Source: Hemiscyllium ocellatum
Lineage: Eukaryota
Reading direction: 5' to 3'
Assembly (NCBI RefSeq): GCF_020745735.1
Contig: NC_083426.1
Span: 39,308,001 to 39,372,000, forward strand
DNA: 64,000 nucleotides
Shown here in pieces: positions 1 to 12,882 of this stretch. Numbering within the stretch: position 1 is the first letter of the stretch; each line of letters opens with the position of its first letter. The translations under genes and the position numbers were made by a program. A model generated the notes under the pieces. It was given only the letters and a program-made list of their open reading frames with translations, ran no database searches and had not been told where the DNA came from.

Positions 1-232
1 CACCAAGGAGAGTCAGTTCATCTTCCTTCAGCTGGGAGCTTAATGAGTTGACATATCCCGTAACAAACTGAGGAACGTTAGCTGGCGTATGGTATAAAAA
101 GGTAGTATCAAATGTGGCTTAATGACTCATCCAATGCACAAGGTACATACTGTTGTCATATAAATATGGAAAGTTTAAAGTGATGCATGGGATGCTGATC
201 AAATAGGCTGCTTGGTTATGGATAATTTTATT

Positions 233-559
233 GTAGAATCCCCACAGCATGGAAACAAGCCCTTTGGCCCAACAAGTCCACGTCAACCCTTTGAAGGATA
301 TCCCATCCAAACCCATTCCCCTACCCTATTAGTCTCCATTTTAGCCCTGGCTAATGCACATAACCTACACATCCCTGAACACCATGGACAAATTCAGCAT
401 GGCCAATTCACCTAACCTGCACATCTTTGGATTGTAGGAGAAAACTAGAGCACCCAGAGGAAACCCACGCAAACTCCATACAGTCACCCAAGGCTGGAAT
501 TGAACCCAAGTCCTGGGCACTGTGAGGCTGCAGTGCTAATCACTGACACACTGTGCCAC
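233..559 (-). mobile_element. HE1-type tRNA-derived SINE
   Basis: Minus strand reads GTGGCACAGTGTGTCAGTGATTAGCACTGCAGCCTCACAGTGCCCAGGACTTGGGTTCAATTCC (A/B-box head), then a conserved body and CR1-like tail. Confidence 0.85.
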
Positions 560-859
560 TCATAGTGTCAAGCTTCTTGAATATTATTGGAGCTGCATCT
601 ATCCAGGTAATTGGACAGTGTTTCATCACACTCCTGACTTGTGCCTTCTAGATGGTGGACAGGCTTTAGAAAATTGGGTAGTGAGTTACTTGCTGCAAAA
701 CTTCCATCTTCTGATCTGCTCTTGTAAATATAGTATTTATATGACTGACCACTTGAGTTTCTCATAAAACATTTTACATACTCTTAACCCCAGTTCCAGA
801 TAAATAAACAAAAATGAGTATTGCACAACAGGTACCCACAGTTATATTGCACCTTGTGA

Positions 860-1750
860 CTTGAAAAGAAAAGGTCACAAGAATCTTCACCAAAAGTCTT
901 GAGGAAAGTAGATGGTCTGACATGAAGAGAGGAATTAAGATTGAATCTGAGTTGAGGAGATGTGTTTTTAAGGAATGTGATAGAGGCAGAATGTCAAGAA
1001 GGATTCCAAAAGGAGTCCTTGAGAACAGGTTCTGGGGATAAAATGAGAGAAATGTACAAAAGGACAGAATGAGGAAAAAATAGAGTTTGTGATGGGGGTA
1101 ATAGAGCTGGAGCTTGCACAGAAAACGTGAGGTATGCCTGCGCAGCAGTTTACAGACTAGGATGAGAGTATTTAATTTAATGTGATGGTGAGCAAACGTA
1201 GGTCAGATTGGACTGGGGTACCACCTGAAAGAAATAGGGAGCAAAGATTAATAGATAGTGCAGGGTCAAATATCAGTGGTGGACTGCTGGAGATGACAAA
1301 AACATATACAAGATTTTCAGTGACAGCAAAGTTGAAGTAAAGGTGGTGATAGGTGATATCGCAGAGACTAAAGTATGCAGTCATTGCGCTTGAGGTGTTA
1401 CAGAGCTTTGAGTTTAAATCAGAGCAGAGAAAACTCCAAGTTTAGTTCAGTCTGAGTGGTCCACAGCAGGGTTGAAACAGAACCAAGAAAGTAGAATCTG
1501 CAGCTAGAAACGATGATGGCTACAGTCTCCCTAACATGGAGCTGCAGAAGCCTGTAAATTATCAAACACTCAATGCTGACACAGCAATCTGACAGTCTAG
1601 GAGTTGAAGGAAAGAGTGGAAAGTTAGAGATGGGTCTCATAAGCAGATGTATGAAAGCTAGTTCCATGCCTCTAGTTTCTGTCACTGTACACAGTATGCA
1701 GATGAAGAAATGAGGTGGAAATATGATGTGAAATTTGACACTTTAAACAT
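860..1750 (-). mobile_element. old degraded LINE (L2-like) remnant
   Basis: Purine-skewed sequence resembling antisense LINE RT/3' end; no intact ORF; boundaries approximate. Confidence 0.35.
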
Positions 1751-2039
1751 TTAAAGAGGCTGTTATTTACCCACCTTCTTAATGCAGTGACACCTCATTG
1801 CTTCAAGCAGTCACTGGGCAATCTATAAATAGTTAATTATTTAAAATTTATAGAACGTGGGTTGCTGCAGTTGATGGCGAAGAAGAACATTTAATGTTGA
1901 ATCAAGGAGACAAAAAAGAGAAAAAAGAAATCTGAAATAGAAATTGAAATTACTGGCTCTATGCCAGAAATTGCAATGTGATACCATCTCCCAGCAGTTG
2001 GACTCGTCCTTGGATCCTTCAACTCAAACATAATTTAAT

Positions 2040-2646
2040 CGCAAAGATGATGAAAGGGGGAGAGAGACATCACGAGTGTCAGGGGCAGGGGTTGGGGTGA
2101 TAAATAGATGCAGGTTGGGGGGTGATGGTGATAGGACGGAGGGGAGGGTGGAGTGGATAGGTGAGAAGGAAGATGGACAGGTAGGACAGTTCAAGAGGGC
2201 GGTGTCAAGTTGGAAGGTTGGATCTGAGATGAAGTAGGGGGTGGAGAGATGAGGAAACTGGTGAAATCAAGATTGATGCCGTGTGGTTGGAGGGTCACAA
2301 GGCAGAAGATGAGGCGTTCTTCCTCCAAGCATTGGGTGGCTTGGATTTGGCAGTGGTGGAGGTCTGGGACTTCCGTGGCCTTGATAGAGTGGGAGAGGGA
2401 GTTGACATGGTCAGCCACAGGGTGGTGGGATTGTTTAGTACATGTATCCTGGAGATGTTCTCTGAAATGTTCCACAAGTTCTCTGAAATGTTTTTGGTTC
2501 CTCAATGTAGAGAAGACCACATCTAGAGCAACAGACACAGTAAATGAGGTGTTTGGATGTGCAGAAAAATCCTTGCCAGATGTCATTCTCCTGTTCCTTG
2601 GATGCTGACTGACCTGCTGTGCTTTTCTAGTGCCACACTTTTTGAC
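2040..2646 (-). mobile_element. PLE fragment (GIY-YIG endonuclease C-terminus) with inverted pLTR piece
   Basis: ORF 2191..2586 reads FREHLQDT...HPVADHVNSLSHS...LEEERLIFCLVTLQPHGINLDF, homologous to 16767-17356; 2585-2646 is an inverted pLTR fragment. Confidence 0.85.
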
Positions 2647-2661
2647 TGATGAAAGTGTGAG

Positions 2662-2885
2662 GAAGTGAGGACTGCAGATGCTGGAGATCAGAGCTGAAAA
2701 TGTGTTGCTGGAAAAGCGCAGCAGGTCAGGCAGCCTCCAAGGAGAAGGAGAATCGACGTTTCGGGCATGAGCCCTTCTTCAGCAAAGGAATTCCTGAAGA
2801 AGGGCTCATGCCCAAAACGTCGATTCTCCTGTTCCTTGGATGCTGCCTGACCTGCTGCACTTTTCCAGCAACACATTTTCAGCAG
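2662..2885. mobile_element. PLE-derived fold-back element with hammerhead cores and 15-bp TSD
   Basis: Arms 2693-2782 and 2794-2883 are inverted copies (5 mismatches in 90); extra tail 2662-2692; exact TSD TGATGAAAGTGTGAG at 2647-2661 and 2886-2900. Confidence 0.9.
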
Positions 2886-3084
2886 TGATGAAAGTGTGAG
2901 CCAATCTTTTGGCAGAAAGGGAACCAGAGTATCTGGGATTTAGATGAATAGGGTAACCGACAGTATATCTTTTTAACCAATGAGATTTGGGGATTGGGAA
3001 ATAAATCATGGAAAAACTGAGAAGGATGTGATTTTAATGTTAAATCAAGTATTGAGAAGTGAATAAAGAGAGAGAAATGCAGAA

Positions 3085-3215
3085 ACATACACAGAGAATT
3101 CTGGAGAAACTCAGCAGGTCTTGTAGCATCTGTGGAGGGAGAAAACTGGAGATATTCTCAACTAGAGTGAGTTAGTGTTTCAAGTCTAATAAGACTCTTC
3201 TTGAGAACCTGCAGT
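3085..3215 (-). mobile_element. PLE pLTR half-element (degenerate)
   Basis: ctggagaaactcagcaggtc...gcatctgtggag...tttcaagtc...ctcttc, same family as 18160, 38555 and 58880. Confidence 0.6.
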
Positions 3216-6200
3216 TCTTTCACTGCAGGGAAATGCAGATTGGATTAGAGAGAAAAGAAAGATAAGAAAGAAAATTAAGGAAAACAAGGTTAAGCTTTAT
3301 ATTTGACTTTTTAAAAAATTCTCCACAAAATAATCAACAATCTGATTAAATGAGATTTGCAGTGATTAGTTTTTGCAGTGTCAGAGTTGTTGATTGGCAG
3401 TAATTAATAAGTCTAACACTACTGTAATGGGTATTTACACTACAATGCCTAACTACCTGTAGCAGGTTTAGTCTGTATCTAGCATTCAAATACAGAGACA
3501 TTCACAACATTCAATGCATTTCAAAGGTGAGGTTGATGAAGAAATGCCATTTTCATAAAGTTAACAGCAAAGTGAAGCAACTTGACTGCTCACAATCTGA
3601 AGTCACTGTACGTTTTATGGAGAAACATTAAGCTCAATTAGGTTTTCCATTATTTCAACAATATGTCTTCACTCAGTAGGCTAATCAAGACCACAAAAAC
3701 AAAGGTTGCATTTCTACATGCACCCATCGTATTCATAGAGACACAGAGAGCTATGGACTATCTGGTGAACATGGACGCACACAGGAAAAAAGGATTTGGG
3801 AAGGAATACAGTTAGAAAGTTTTTTTTGTTTTAGGAGACTGATGAAAGCAAGAAAGAGGGTGACAATGAACAAGATAGAGAGGCTTCTCCAGAGAGCATT
3901 AATACTGTGTTTGAAGAAGCACTGCCGTTGCGCTGAGAGGAAACAGACAGCAATAACAGTGTGCAGAAGGCACAGAGCATTATTTAAAGTAATGAGAAAG
4001 TCAGCACGGGCCATGATGGATCAAATTACCTCCTTTTTTGTTTGTAGATTCTACAATTTTATATGGCTGGAGGTGATTGCAGTAGGCAGCAGCAGTGAGT
4101 CCATGGAATGATTTGCAAGTGAGGATGAGGATTGAGGGCATATAAGCCAGTGGAATTTGACAAGAATGGAATGATGTAGGTTTGGGCTACAGCAAATATC
4201 ATTTTAAGCTAAACATTCTCACCATCTAGCCCCTTTAAACATCCATTTTGCAATTGTTCTCAGTCCTTAAAACCTTACTTCTTTGGGATCTTGATTTGAA
4301 ATTATAAACCTTTGGAATTGAACGCTTTGAATTGTTTAGGGTCAAGTTAGGATACAAACATACAGAAGCAGATTTATAAAAAATAAGGGGCTTGGGTTGC
4401 AATGTCTAAGAAATTTTTACTTAAACATCTGTCTTCTGTTACACTGACAGAGGAAATGTCTGATGGAGGTATCTATAAAAAGTTTCAGTTTGCTTTTCAC
4501 AAGCTGCCTACCCTGTCCCACAGCAGCAAGCTTCCCATTCAGCCACAACAATGAGTATAAAGTTAACAAATACACACAATCAACAGCTTCTGGTGAGAAT
4601 GACAAACATTCAACTCACCTGCACAGTTAGTTCTGTTAAACTCAGGCCTCCGTTGTACGTCAGATTTCTCTTGGCACCTCACCGTTTGCCTGTATGTTCC
4701 ACCAGTGCCTGAGTTCATCTGTGCCATAACTGGCTCCAACAGCATCTGGGAAATCAGCAGTGCCATAAAATAGATTTGTTTGGCCTGCTCACTACTGGGA
4801 TAGTGTGGGGAAGGCACGTGATACAGGAAATGATTCAGTGCAATTCCAACCTCAAAGAAATGACTGCAGAATTCAACTATTCCTTAGCTGTGATATTAAA
4901 GCAGACACATTTCTTAAAGCAGAATACTTTGCAAACAGGATTCCAGACTGTGGTTCATTACTACTGTCTTGATTCCTATTGACTGTGGGATATGAAATAA
5001 CTGAGCACAAGCTGAATGGAATAAGTAATACCAATGCCAAAAACGACATAGCCAGTCACTGAACTGAACATGCAATTTACCTTTGTTTAGCAGCAGGCTC
5101 AGTTTTAAGATTACTATCTTGTCCTTTCTCAGCAAGAATAATATGGATTGGCACTTTGGTCTATTTTTAATCTATTGAATATTATAGTTTTCCCCAGCTT
5201 ACATTGTCTGAAATATAACTGTCTTTAAAAGTCATATGTGCTGAAGCTGATCTTCTGTGTTGGTGACTGGCCAGATAAGATAAGAAAGTTGACTATCTAT
5301 TGTAGAACTTGTTCAATTTTTGACAAGTGGAATCACACAGTGGGAGAGTGTTGGTTGTTTCTACACCAAGTTTGCACTTTGGGAGGAGCATTTATATGAC
5401 CCCTGTCCACTTCATTAAGTTGAATCTATTAACCCCTGCTCCAACTTCATACATTGTCACATCTATATGAGAAAGTGTTCTTCTTAATTTAGTTTTGCAG
5501 AAATATTTGATATGACTCTGTGATTTGGTAGGCTATTTCAAAGACCAGGTGAGTAAATTAGATTGAAGTTAAACACACTGGGAAAAATACTAATTTCTGG
5601 TGATAGTGTAATTCAAACAGTATCAGATCAGCCGCAACTGTATCCCTCATCCAAAACTCATTGTGAATGGATCCAATTTTATTGCTCAGATTGAATAATC
5701 ATAAAGTTTAAAACGATTTGCACTGTCACAGGCTAATATAAAAATTATAAAGTGAGCTCTAAAAATACAGGGAATGCACAGCAGGCCCATAACAATTAAT
5801 TGGACAGTGTGTACCTTCATCATGTCCAGTGCTGAAGACAACGCTACTCCTGCTTCAAGTTCATATATCATAGATTTGTGTGTCATGCGAGCGTTATTCT
5901 TACAGTAGTTTTGCATATAAGTTTGACATAATCATGTGATTCAGTAGCTAATTCAAAGGGCAATTAAGAGCCAATCATATTGCTGTGGATCTGGAGACAG
6001 ATATTAGTGGCACATTTACAGTTCCGTAAAGGACATTTGGGATCCAGATGGTTTTTTTGCAATTATAGGTACTGGCTTTTTTTCTTGATAGCTTTATTTA
6101 ACTAAATTTAAATTTCCCAAATAGGTGTGGTGAGAGTTGAAACAGTGGACAAGAGTTTTCATACCCGATTGCAGGGACCTGTAGAATGGACAGGGTTTGC

Positions 6201-7529
6201 AGCTGATCACTTTATCACCCAAGTCTCTCATTATTCAGATTTGGAAGTAGATCACCATTCCTTCATAAGTTAAAATCCTGAAAATATTACCTTAAAAGTA
6301 CTGTCAGTGTACCTACATCCATAAGTTACAGTGACTGAAGAAGATGGTGACTTACCACTATCTTCTCAAGGGAGTTAGGTATAAGGTATAAATATTGGTC
6401 ATGTCAATGATACCAATATCCATGAATTAATAAAAATAAAGACCTGACACCTCCAGACTTCTTTTCAAACACATATGTGCCATTTGTTTTCAAACAGGCT
6501 CTTGACAATATTAGTTTTATTTTCAATTTATATCCCCTAAATTATCTCAAAACTATCTCAGGATATCTGGGATTCTCTCCTAATGTTCCTTGACTCTGTT
6601 CCACATTTCAGGAATTTCTTGTTGACACTGTCTAATCATTCTGTGCAATGTCAAAGGAGAAATAGAGCAGAAGAAGACAAGTCAAGCCTATCTTGGCTCA
6701 CAACTCCAAATAAAGAAAAACTCAGACTCCTCTGTCAATAACTCTTGGATTAACCTAAATTCTGTACTCCCACAAGCTATGGGATACAACAAAAATGTTG
6801 ATTAATTTTAACATGAAAATATGCTTCCTGCTGTCTACTATAAACATCCTTTTCACTGGTTTTGACTTAAGCCTCTTTCTGACGTAATATTTTGACATAC
6901 CATGATCCAGTCCTACAGATTTACCCTTTCAGATCCTTTCCAATTTTAAAAAAGACCACTTTCAATCGCTTTTAAGGACATTAAGAATTATTGATTTTCT
7001 CTGCAATATTTCTGTAACTTGAATGATTTATATTTTGGTAATCAAAACTCAACAGTGTACCCAAAATACTGTACAATTTCAGAATGACATCTCCTAAATG
7101 ATACTCAAATGGTCCGGCAGTGTCGCTAATCATCCAAATGTTTTGTTTACTCCTGGTCTTGGTGATAAGGTATCTGAATGAATGGAAGGCTGGGAAGTTA
7201 AATCAGGAGAGATTTAAAGCAGGCAGTTGAAGCAATGTTACTTGTTTAATGCTACTGACTAAGATTAAATTGGCCTGCTACTTGTTAGCACATCACAGAA
7301 GGGTTATGGCACAGAAGGTAGCCATCCAGTCCAATGTATCCACTCTTCTTTGCAAGAGCAACTCAGCTCGACCACTCGGCCATCTTTCCACTGAAAATGT
7401 CTGCAAATATTTTCTCATTGGACAATTACTCAATTCCTGTTAAATCTACTCATGAATTTGCTTCCAACACATTCTCCGCCAGTGTATTCCAGATCCTAAC
7501 CACTCACTGTGCAAAAGCATTTTTCTAAA

Positions 7530-8030
7530 AGCTGCCTCTCGTTCTTTTGCTAAAGCATCTTGGTAGTCAACTTCACTGAGCAAAACATATACACTTAATG
7601 GTAAGGTCCTAGGGAGTGTTGCTGAACAAAGAGACCTTGGAGTGTAGGTTCATAGCTTCTTGAAAGTGGAGTTGCAGGTAGCTAGGATAGTGAAGAAGGC
7701 ATATGCTTTCCTTCATTGGTCAGAGTATTGAGTATAGGAGTTGGGAGGTCATGTTACAGCTGTACAAAACATTGGTTAGGCTACTGTTGGAATATCCCGT
7801 GCAATTCTGGTCTCCTTTGTGCAATTTCCCATGCACAAAGCCATGTTGACTATCCCTAATCAGTCCTTGCCTTTCCAAATACATGTGCATCATGTCCCTC
7901 AGGATTCTCTCCAACAATTTGCCCACCACCAATGTCAACTCATTAGTCTATAGTTCCTTGGCTTGTCCTTACCAACCTTCTTAAACAATGGCAGCATGTT
8001 AGCCAACCTTCAGTCTTCCGACACCTCATC
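7530..8030. mobile_element. CR1 ORF2 fragments in opposite orientations (junction ~7818)
   Basis: Plus-strand segment with the LYKTLVRLLLEY motif joined to minus-strand VVGKLLERILRD...LIRDSQHGF. Confidence 0.8.
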
Positions 8031-8099
8031 ACACTCAACCCCTTCATCCCAGGAATTAGCCAAGTGAGTCTTTTGTCTCTAAATGCAACCATTGAACAT

Positions 8100-9930
8100 G
8101 TTGTCACTGGCTGGCTAGTGTTTATTGCCCATCGTAATTAGCTTTGACAAGATGTGGTGAGTTGCCTTCTCGAACCGCTAAAGTCCACAGGCTGTAGATA
8201 GACCCACAGTGCCCTTAGGCATGGAATTCCAGGATATATTTCCAAGTCAGAATGCTGAGTGATTTTGAGGGGAGCTTGCAGGTGGTGATGCTCCCAAATA
8301 TCTGCTGCCCTTGTCCTTCTTGATGGAAGTAGTTATCTGAGGAAGGTGCTGTGTGAGGATCGTTCTGCAGTGCATCTTGTAGCTGCTACAAACTGCTGCT
8401 ATCGAGCATCATTGGTGGAAGGGGTAGATGTTTGTGGATGTGGTGCCAATCATATGGGCTGCTTGTCCTGGATGTTGTTACGCTTTTTGGCACATGGGTA
8501 GTATTCTGTATGATTTGTGTGTTGTAGATGGTGGACAGGCTTTGAGGAGATGAATTGCATGCTGCAGTATTCCTAGGTTCTGATCTATTCCTCTGGCCAT
8601 TGTATTTATATGGCAAGTTCAGTTGACTTTCTGGCCAATGGTAACCTCCAGGATGTTGATTTGGGAGATTCAGTGACAGTAACACCACTGAGTGTCAAAG
8701 GGTGGTGGTTAAATTGTCTCTTAATGGAGATGGTCATTGCCTGGTACTGTATGACGCAAATGTTGATTGCCACCGTAAGCACAAGCCCAGATATTGTCCA
8801 GAGCTTATTGCATTTGAACATGTTTTGATATCTGAGAAGTCGTAAGTGCTATTGAACTTTGTGCAATCACTGGCGAACATTCCTACCTCTGACCTTATAA
8901 TGGAGGGATGTTGATTCATGAAGTGCCTGAAGATGGTTGGGCCTCGGACACTGCTCTGAGAAACTCCTGCAGAAATGATCTGGAGCTGAGATGACTGACT
9001 GCACCAATCACAGCCATCTCCCATTTGCCAAGTATGACTCCAACAACCAAACGGTTTGGTCCTTGATTCCCATTGATTCCAGTTTTGCTAGAGTTCCTTG
9101 ACACCACACTTGGTCGAATGTATCCTTGATGTCAAGGGCATTCACCCTCACCTCACCTCTGGAATTCAGCTCTTTTGTCCATATTTGAACCAAGGCTGTA
9201 ATGACGTCAGGAGCTGAGCAGTGTTGGCAGAATTCAGTATCATTGAGCAGGTTATTGCTGAGTAGATTATTGCCTGATAGCACTGCTGTTGACACTTCAT
9301 TACTTTATTTGTGATCAAAAGTAAACTAATGGGATATTGATTGCTGGATGGGATTTGTCCTGCTTTTTTTGTGTAGGACATACCATGGCAAATTTCCACA
9401 CTGTTGGGTAGATGCCAGTGTTGTAACTGTACTGGAACAGCTTGGCAAGGGGAACATCAAGCTCTCTGGAGTGCAATCTTTCAGCACTATTGCCAGAATG
9501 TTGTCAGAGCCCAGAGTCTTTACACAGTCCAGTACCTCTAACTGTTTCTTGATATCATGTGGAATCGAATTGGCTGAAAACTCAAATCTGTGATGGTGGG
9601 GACCACTAGATGAGGTCAAGATGGATCATCCATCTGGCCGAAGATTGTTGCAAATGCTTCAGCCTTATCTTTGGCACTAGCGTGCTGAGCTCTTCCATCA
9701 ATGAGGGTGGGGATTTGTGTGAACTTCCTTCCCTAATGAGTTGTTTAATTGTCCACCACCATTCATTATTGCATGTAAAAGGACTGCAGACCTTAAGTGT
9801 TGATTGTGAGATTGCTGAGCTCTTTCTATCACTTGCTACTTATACTGTTTGGCTGTGAGTAGGTATGCATGGTGCTGCTTCCTGCACTCTCCATTGAATC
9901 AGGGTTCATCCCCTGGCTTGATAGTAATGA
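8100..9930 (-). mobile_element. degraded non-LTR retrotransposon RT (CR1/L2 group, distinct from the main CR1 family)
   Basis: Frameshifted ORFs with RT motifs: YPISLL, ALDIKDTFDQVW, SAGVSQSSVRGPTIF, MFASDCT. Confidence 0.8.
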
Positions 9931-10121
9931 TTGTATCAGGTACATAGCCATATAGAGTCATAGAGTCATACAGCACGGAAACAGACCCTTCAATCCAACC
10001 AATCCATGGCAAACATAATCCCAAAGTAAACTAGTCCCACCAGCCTGCTCCAGGCTGTTGTTGGTCTGCAACACCTCATAGAAGCACAGTCTTGAATTTT
10101 GTTCAAAGTCTGTCCCATTTA

Positions 10122-10222
10122 GGACGAAGTTAAAAATCACACAACACCAGGTTATAGTCCAACAGGTTTATTTGGAAGCACTAGCTTTTGAAGAACTGCT
10201 TCTTCATCAGGTGGTTGTGAAG
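10122..10222 (-). mobile_element. MER6-like / PLE pLTR-like element with decayed hammerhead core
   Basis: Minus strand reads CTGATGAAGAAGCAGTTCTTCAAAAGCTAGTGCTTCCAAATAAACCTGTTGGACTATAACCTGGTGTTGTG. Confidence 0.7.
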
Positions 10223-11045
10223 CAAGACCGTTCGACACAGAATTTATAGCAAAAGATTACAATAATACAATGATACTTTGAGCAAACCTAGATTGTTAAG
10301 TCTTTCATCTTTTAGAATGGATTTGCTGGTTTTGGTTCTTTAATATTCCACCATTTTTGATTCATTAGCAAATCTGGACTCCAGAATCTTACATTCTGCC
10401 CCCTCCTCCAGGTCACTAATATAGATAGTATAGTTGAGATCCTTATGAAACTTCACTGGTTACATCATTCCAACCTGAAAAAAATTAATCTCAACTCTCT
10501 GTTTTCTGTTTGTTAATGAATTCTAATGCTAATACATTATCCCTAATACAATGAGCTCCTATCTGGTGCAATAACCTTTACTGAATGCCTTCTGGAAATC
10601 CAAATACATTACATTTACCAGTACCTCTTTATCAAATCTGCTTGTTATATACTTGAAGAACTCTAGCAAGTTTTGTCAGAGATAATTTTCCTTTCATGAA
10701 ACCATGCTGACTGTTTATGTAAAGCTTTTCTTAATGTTGTGCTACTTTCTCCTTAATAATGGACACTTGTTTTTTCATATGACAGGTGGCAGGCTCTAGT
10801 TTCCTACCTTGTTGAATAAGGAGTCACATGAGCAGTTTTCTAATCTATTGGAACCTTCCTAGAATCCAGTGAGTTCTGGAATATTTTGACCAATGCGTCT
10901 GCTATCTCTGCAGTCACTTCCTTTCAAACTTCTGGACACAGGCCGTGACTTGTCTGCCTTCAGTATCATGAGTTTGTCAAATACTTTGTACTCATGATAG
11001 AAACTGTTATAAGATCTTTCTTCCCGTTGTTACCTTGTTATTTTT

Positions 11046-11272
11046 AGAATCAAAAAGTGTGGCACAGGAAAAGCACAGCAGGTCAGGCAACATCCGAGGA
11101 GCAAGAAAATCAATGTTTCAGGCATAAGCCCTTCATCAGAAATGCATTCTTGATGAAGGGCTTATGCCCGAAATGTTGATTCTCTTGCTCCTCGAATGTT
11201 GCCTGACTAGCTGTGCTTTTCCTGTGCCATATATTTTGACTCTGATCTTCAGCACCTGCAGTCCTCACTTTC
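11046..11272. mobile_element. PLE-derived fold-back element (related to 2662-2885, opposite orientation, older)
   Basis: Inverted arms ~11046-11140 and 11149-11243 around AATGCATT; tail 11244-11272; hammerhead cores decayed by C>T changes. Confidence 0.85.
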
Positions 11273-12010
11273 TCCTAGATGCTGCTATCATTAGAATTGT
11301 TTTTCTGTCCTCTGCTGTTAAGAACAATATAAAATATTGATGTAAATTAGCTGACATTTCCTTATTTCCTATTATTAATTCCCATTGCCTCATCCAAAGT
11401 TCCTACACTTACTCTCTTTTATATATCTGCAAAACCTCTTGCTGTTTGTTTTTATATTTCTTGCTTATTTATTTTTATATTCAATTTTTTTCCCTCTTTA
11501 ATAGCTTTTTACTTCTTAAAAAATCCCAATTCTCTAGCCTACAATTAGTTTTCAATGCTTTATGGTTTAGGTTTTGATTGGATAATCTCCTTGACTGTCA
11601 ATGAGACTTTTGTCTATTTTCCTAGACCCCTGTTGACAACTCTTTCTTCACCTCTTTGTAAAAGCCCTTATTTAAATTGAGAACACTGATGTGAGACCCA
11701 AGTTGCTCTCCCTCCAGAAGTTGTTGTAATTTAATCATGTAGCAAACCTTTCCTCGCCAAATGATCCTTAACAATGATATCTATAATTAATCTCACCTCA
11801 TTACACATTACTAAATCCAAAATAATCTGTTCTCAGGTAAATCCTGCAACATTCTGCACTAAGAAACAATCATGATGCCCTCTACAAATTCATCTTCTAT
11901 GTTATACTTTCCCACTTGTTTGGTCCAGTCAATGTACATTTTATAGTTCACTGTGACAATTAATTTGCCCTTCTTACATATCTCCATTACTCTTGATTTA
12001 TATTTTGTAC

Positions 12011-12142
12011 GCACGGTAGCTCAGTGGTTAGCACTGCTGCCTCACAGTGCCAGAAACACAAGTTCAATTCCACTCTCGGCTTGATGTCGGTGTGGACTGA
12101 ATGGTTTGAATGGTCTGCATCCACACCGTAGGGATTCTATGA
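12011..12142 (+). mobile_element. internally deleted HE1 SINE (tRNA head joined to tail)
   Basis: A box TAGCTCAGTGG and B box GTTCAATTCC followed directly by the 3' tail. Confidence 0.75.
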
Positions 12143-12593
12143 TCCTTTTATGAACTGGATCCTTCCTCAACTAATCCAAATTTCTTTCTAGCTCAGAAAA
12201 GGTGTCCTAAACCTTGGCACCAGGTTGGCAACACAGACTTCAGTATTCTCTGTCTTTATTGCAGAGAATAGTATCTACTTTCTTAAGCATGCTATCCCTT
12301 CAGACTCTGACCTTTCTTTTTTCTACTCCCACTTGAATGGTGCTCTGAACCAATATGCTGTGGTCAGTTCACTCATCCTCCCTACAGGATTTGTGTCCCT
12401 GTCAATAGCAAAAAGACAGTCTTGTACTTATTGAACAAGGCTAAGGCTTCTCCAAAGCTAAATTCTGGATCCCCATACCATCCTCACTCTCAGTCTCATG
12501 TTATTGTTCCTGACCATGGACCAAATTTGAAGTAATTAATTCAAGGGGTGTGACTGTCTCAAGAACCACAATGTCCCGGTACCTCCCTTGCGT

Positions 12594-12882
12594 TAGAACC
12601 TCTACAGTGCAGAAGGAGGCTATTTGGCCCATTGAGTCCCTCTGAAGAGCATCCCATCCTATCTCCTTAACCCCGCATTTATCTTTGCTAATCCACCTAG
12701 CTTGCATTTCCCTGAATACTATGAGTCAATTTAGCATGGCCAATCCACCTAACGCGCAAATCTTTGTGCTGTGGAAGGAATCCAAAACACTTGGACGAAA
12801 CCCAAGCAGAAATGGGGAGGACGTAGAAACTCCAGACACTCGGTCGACCAAGACTGTAATCGAATCCAGGTCTGCTAACTCT
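12594..12882 (-). mobile_element. HE1-type SINE, 5' truncated
   Basis: Body similar to 233-559 (caatttagcatggccaatccacctaac). Confidence 0.75.

Noticed and set aside
2688-2888. Near-identical ORFs on both strands (MCCWKSAAGQAASKE...)
   Set aside because: Artefact of the palindromic element; no coding evidence.
12011-12075. tRNA-like A/B boxes
   Set aside because: SINE head with no cloverleaf; not a tRNA gene.
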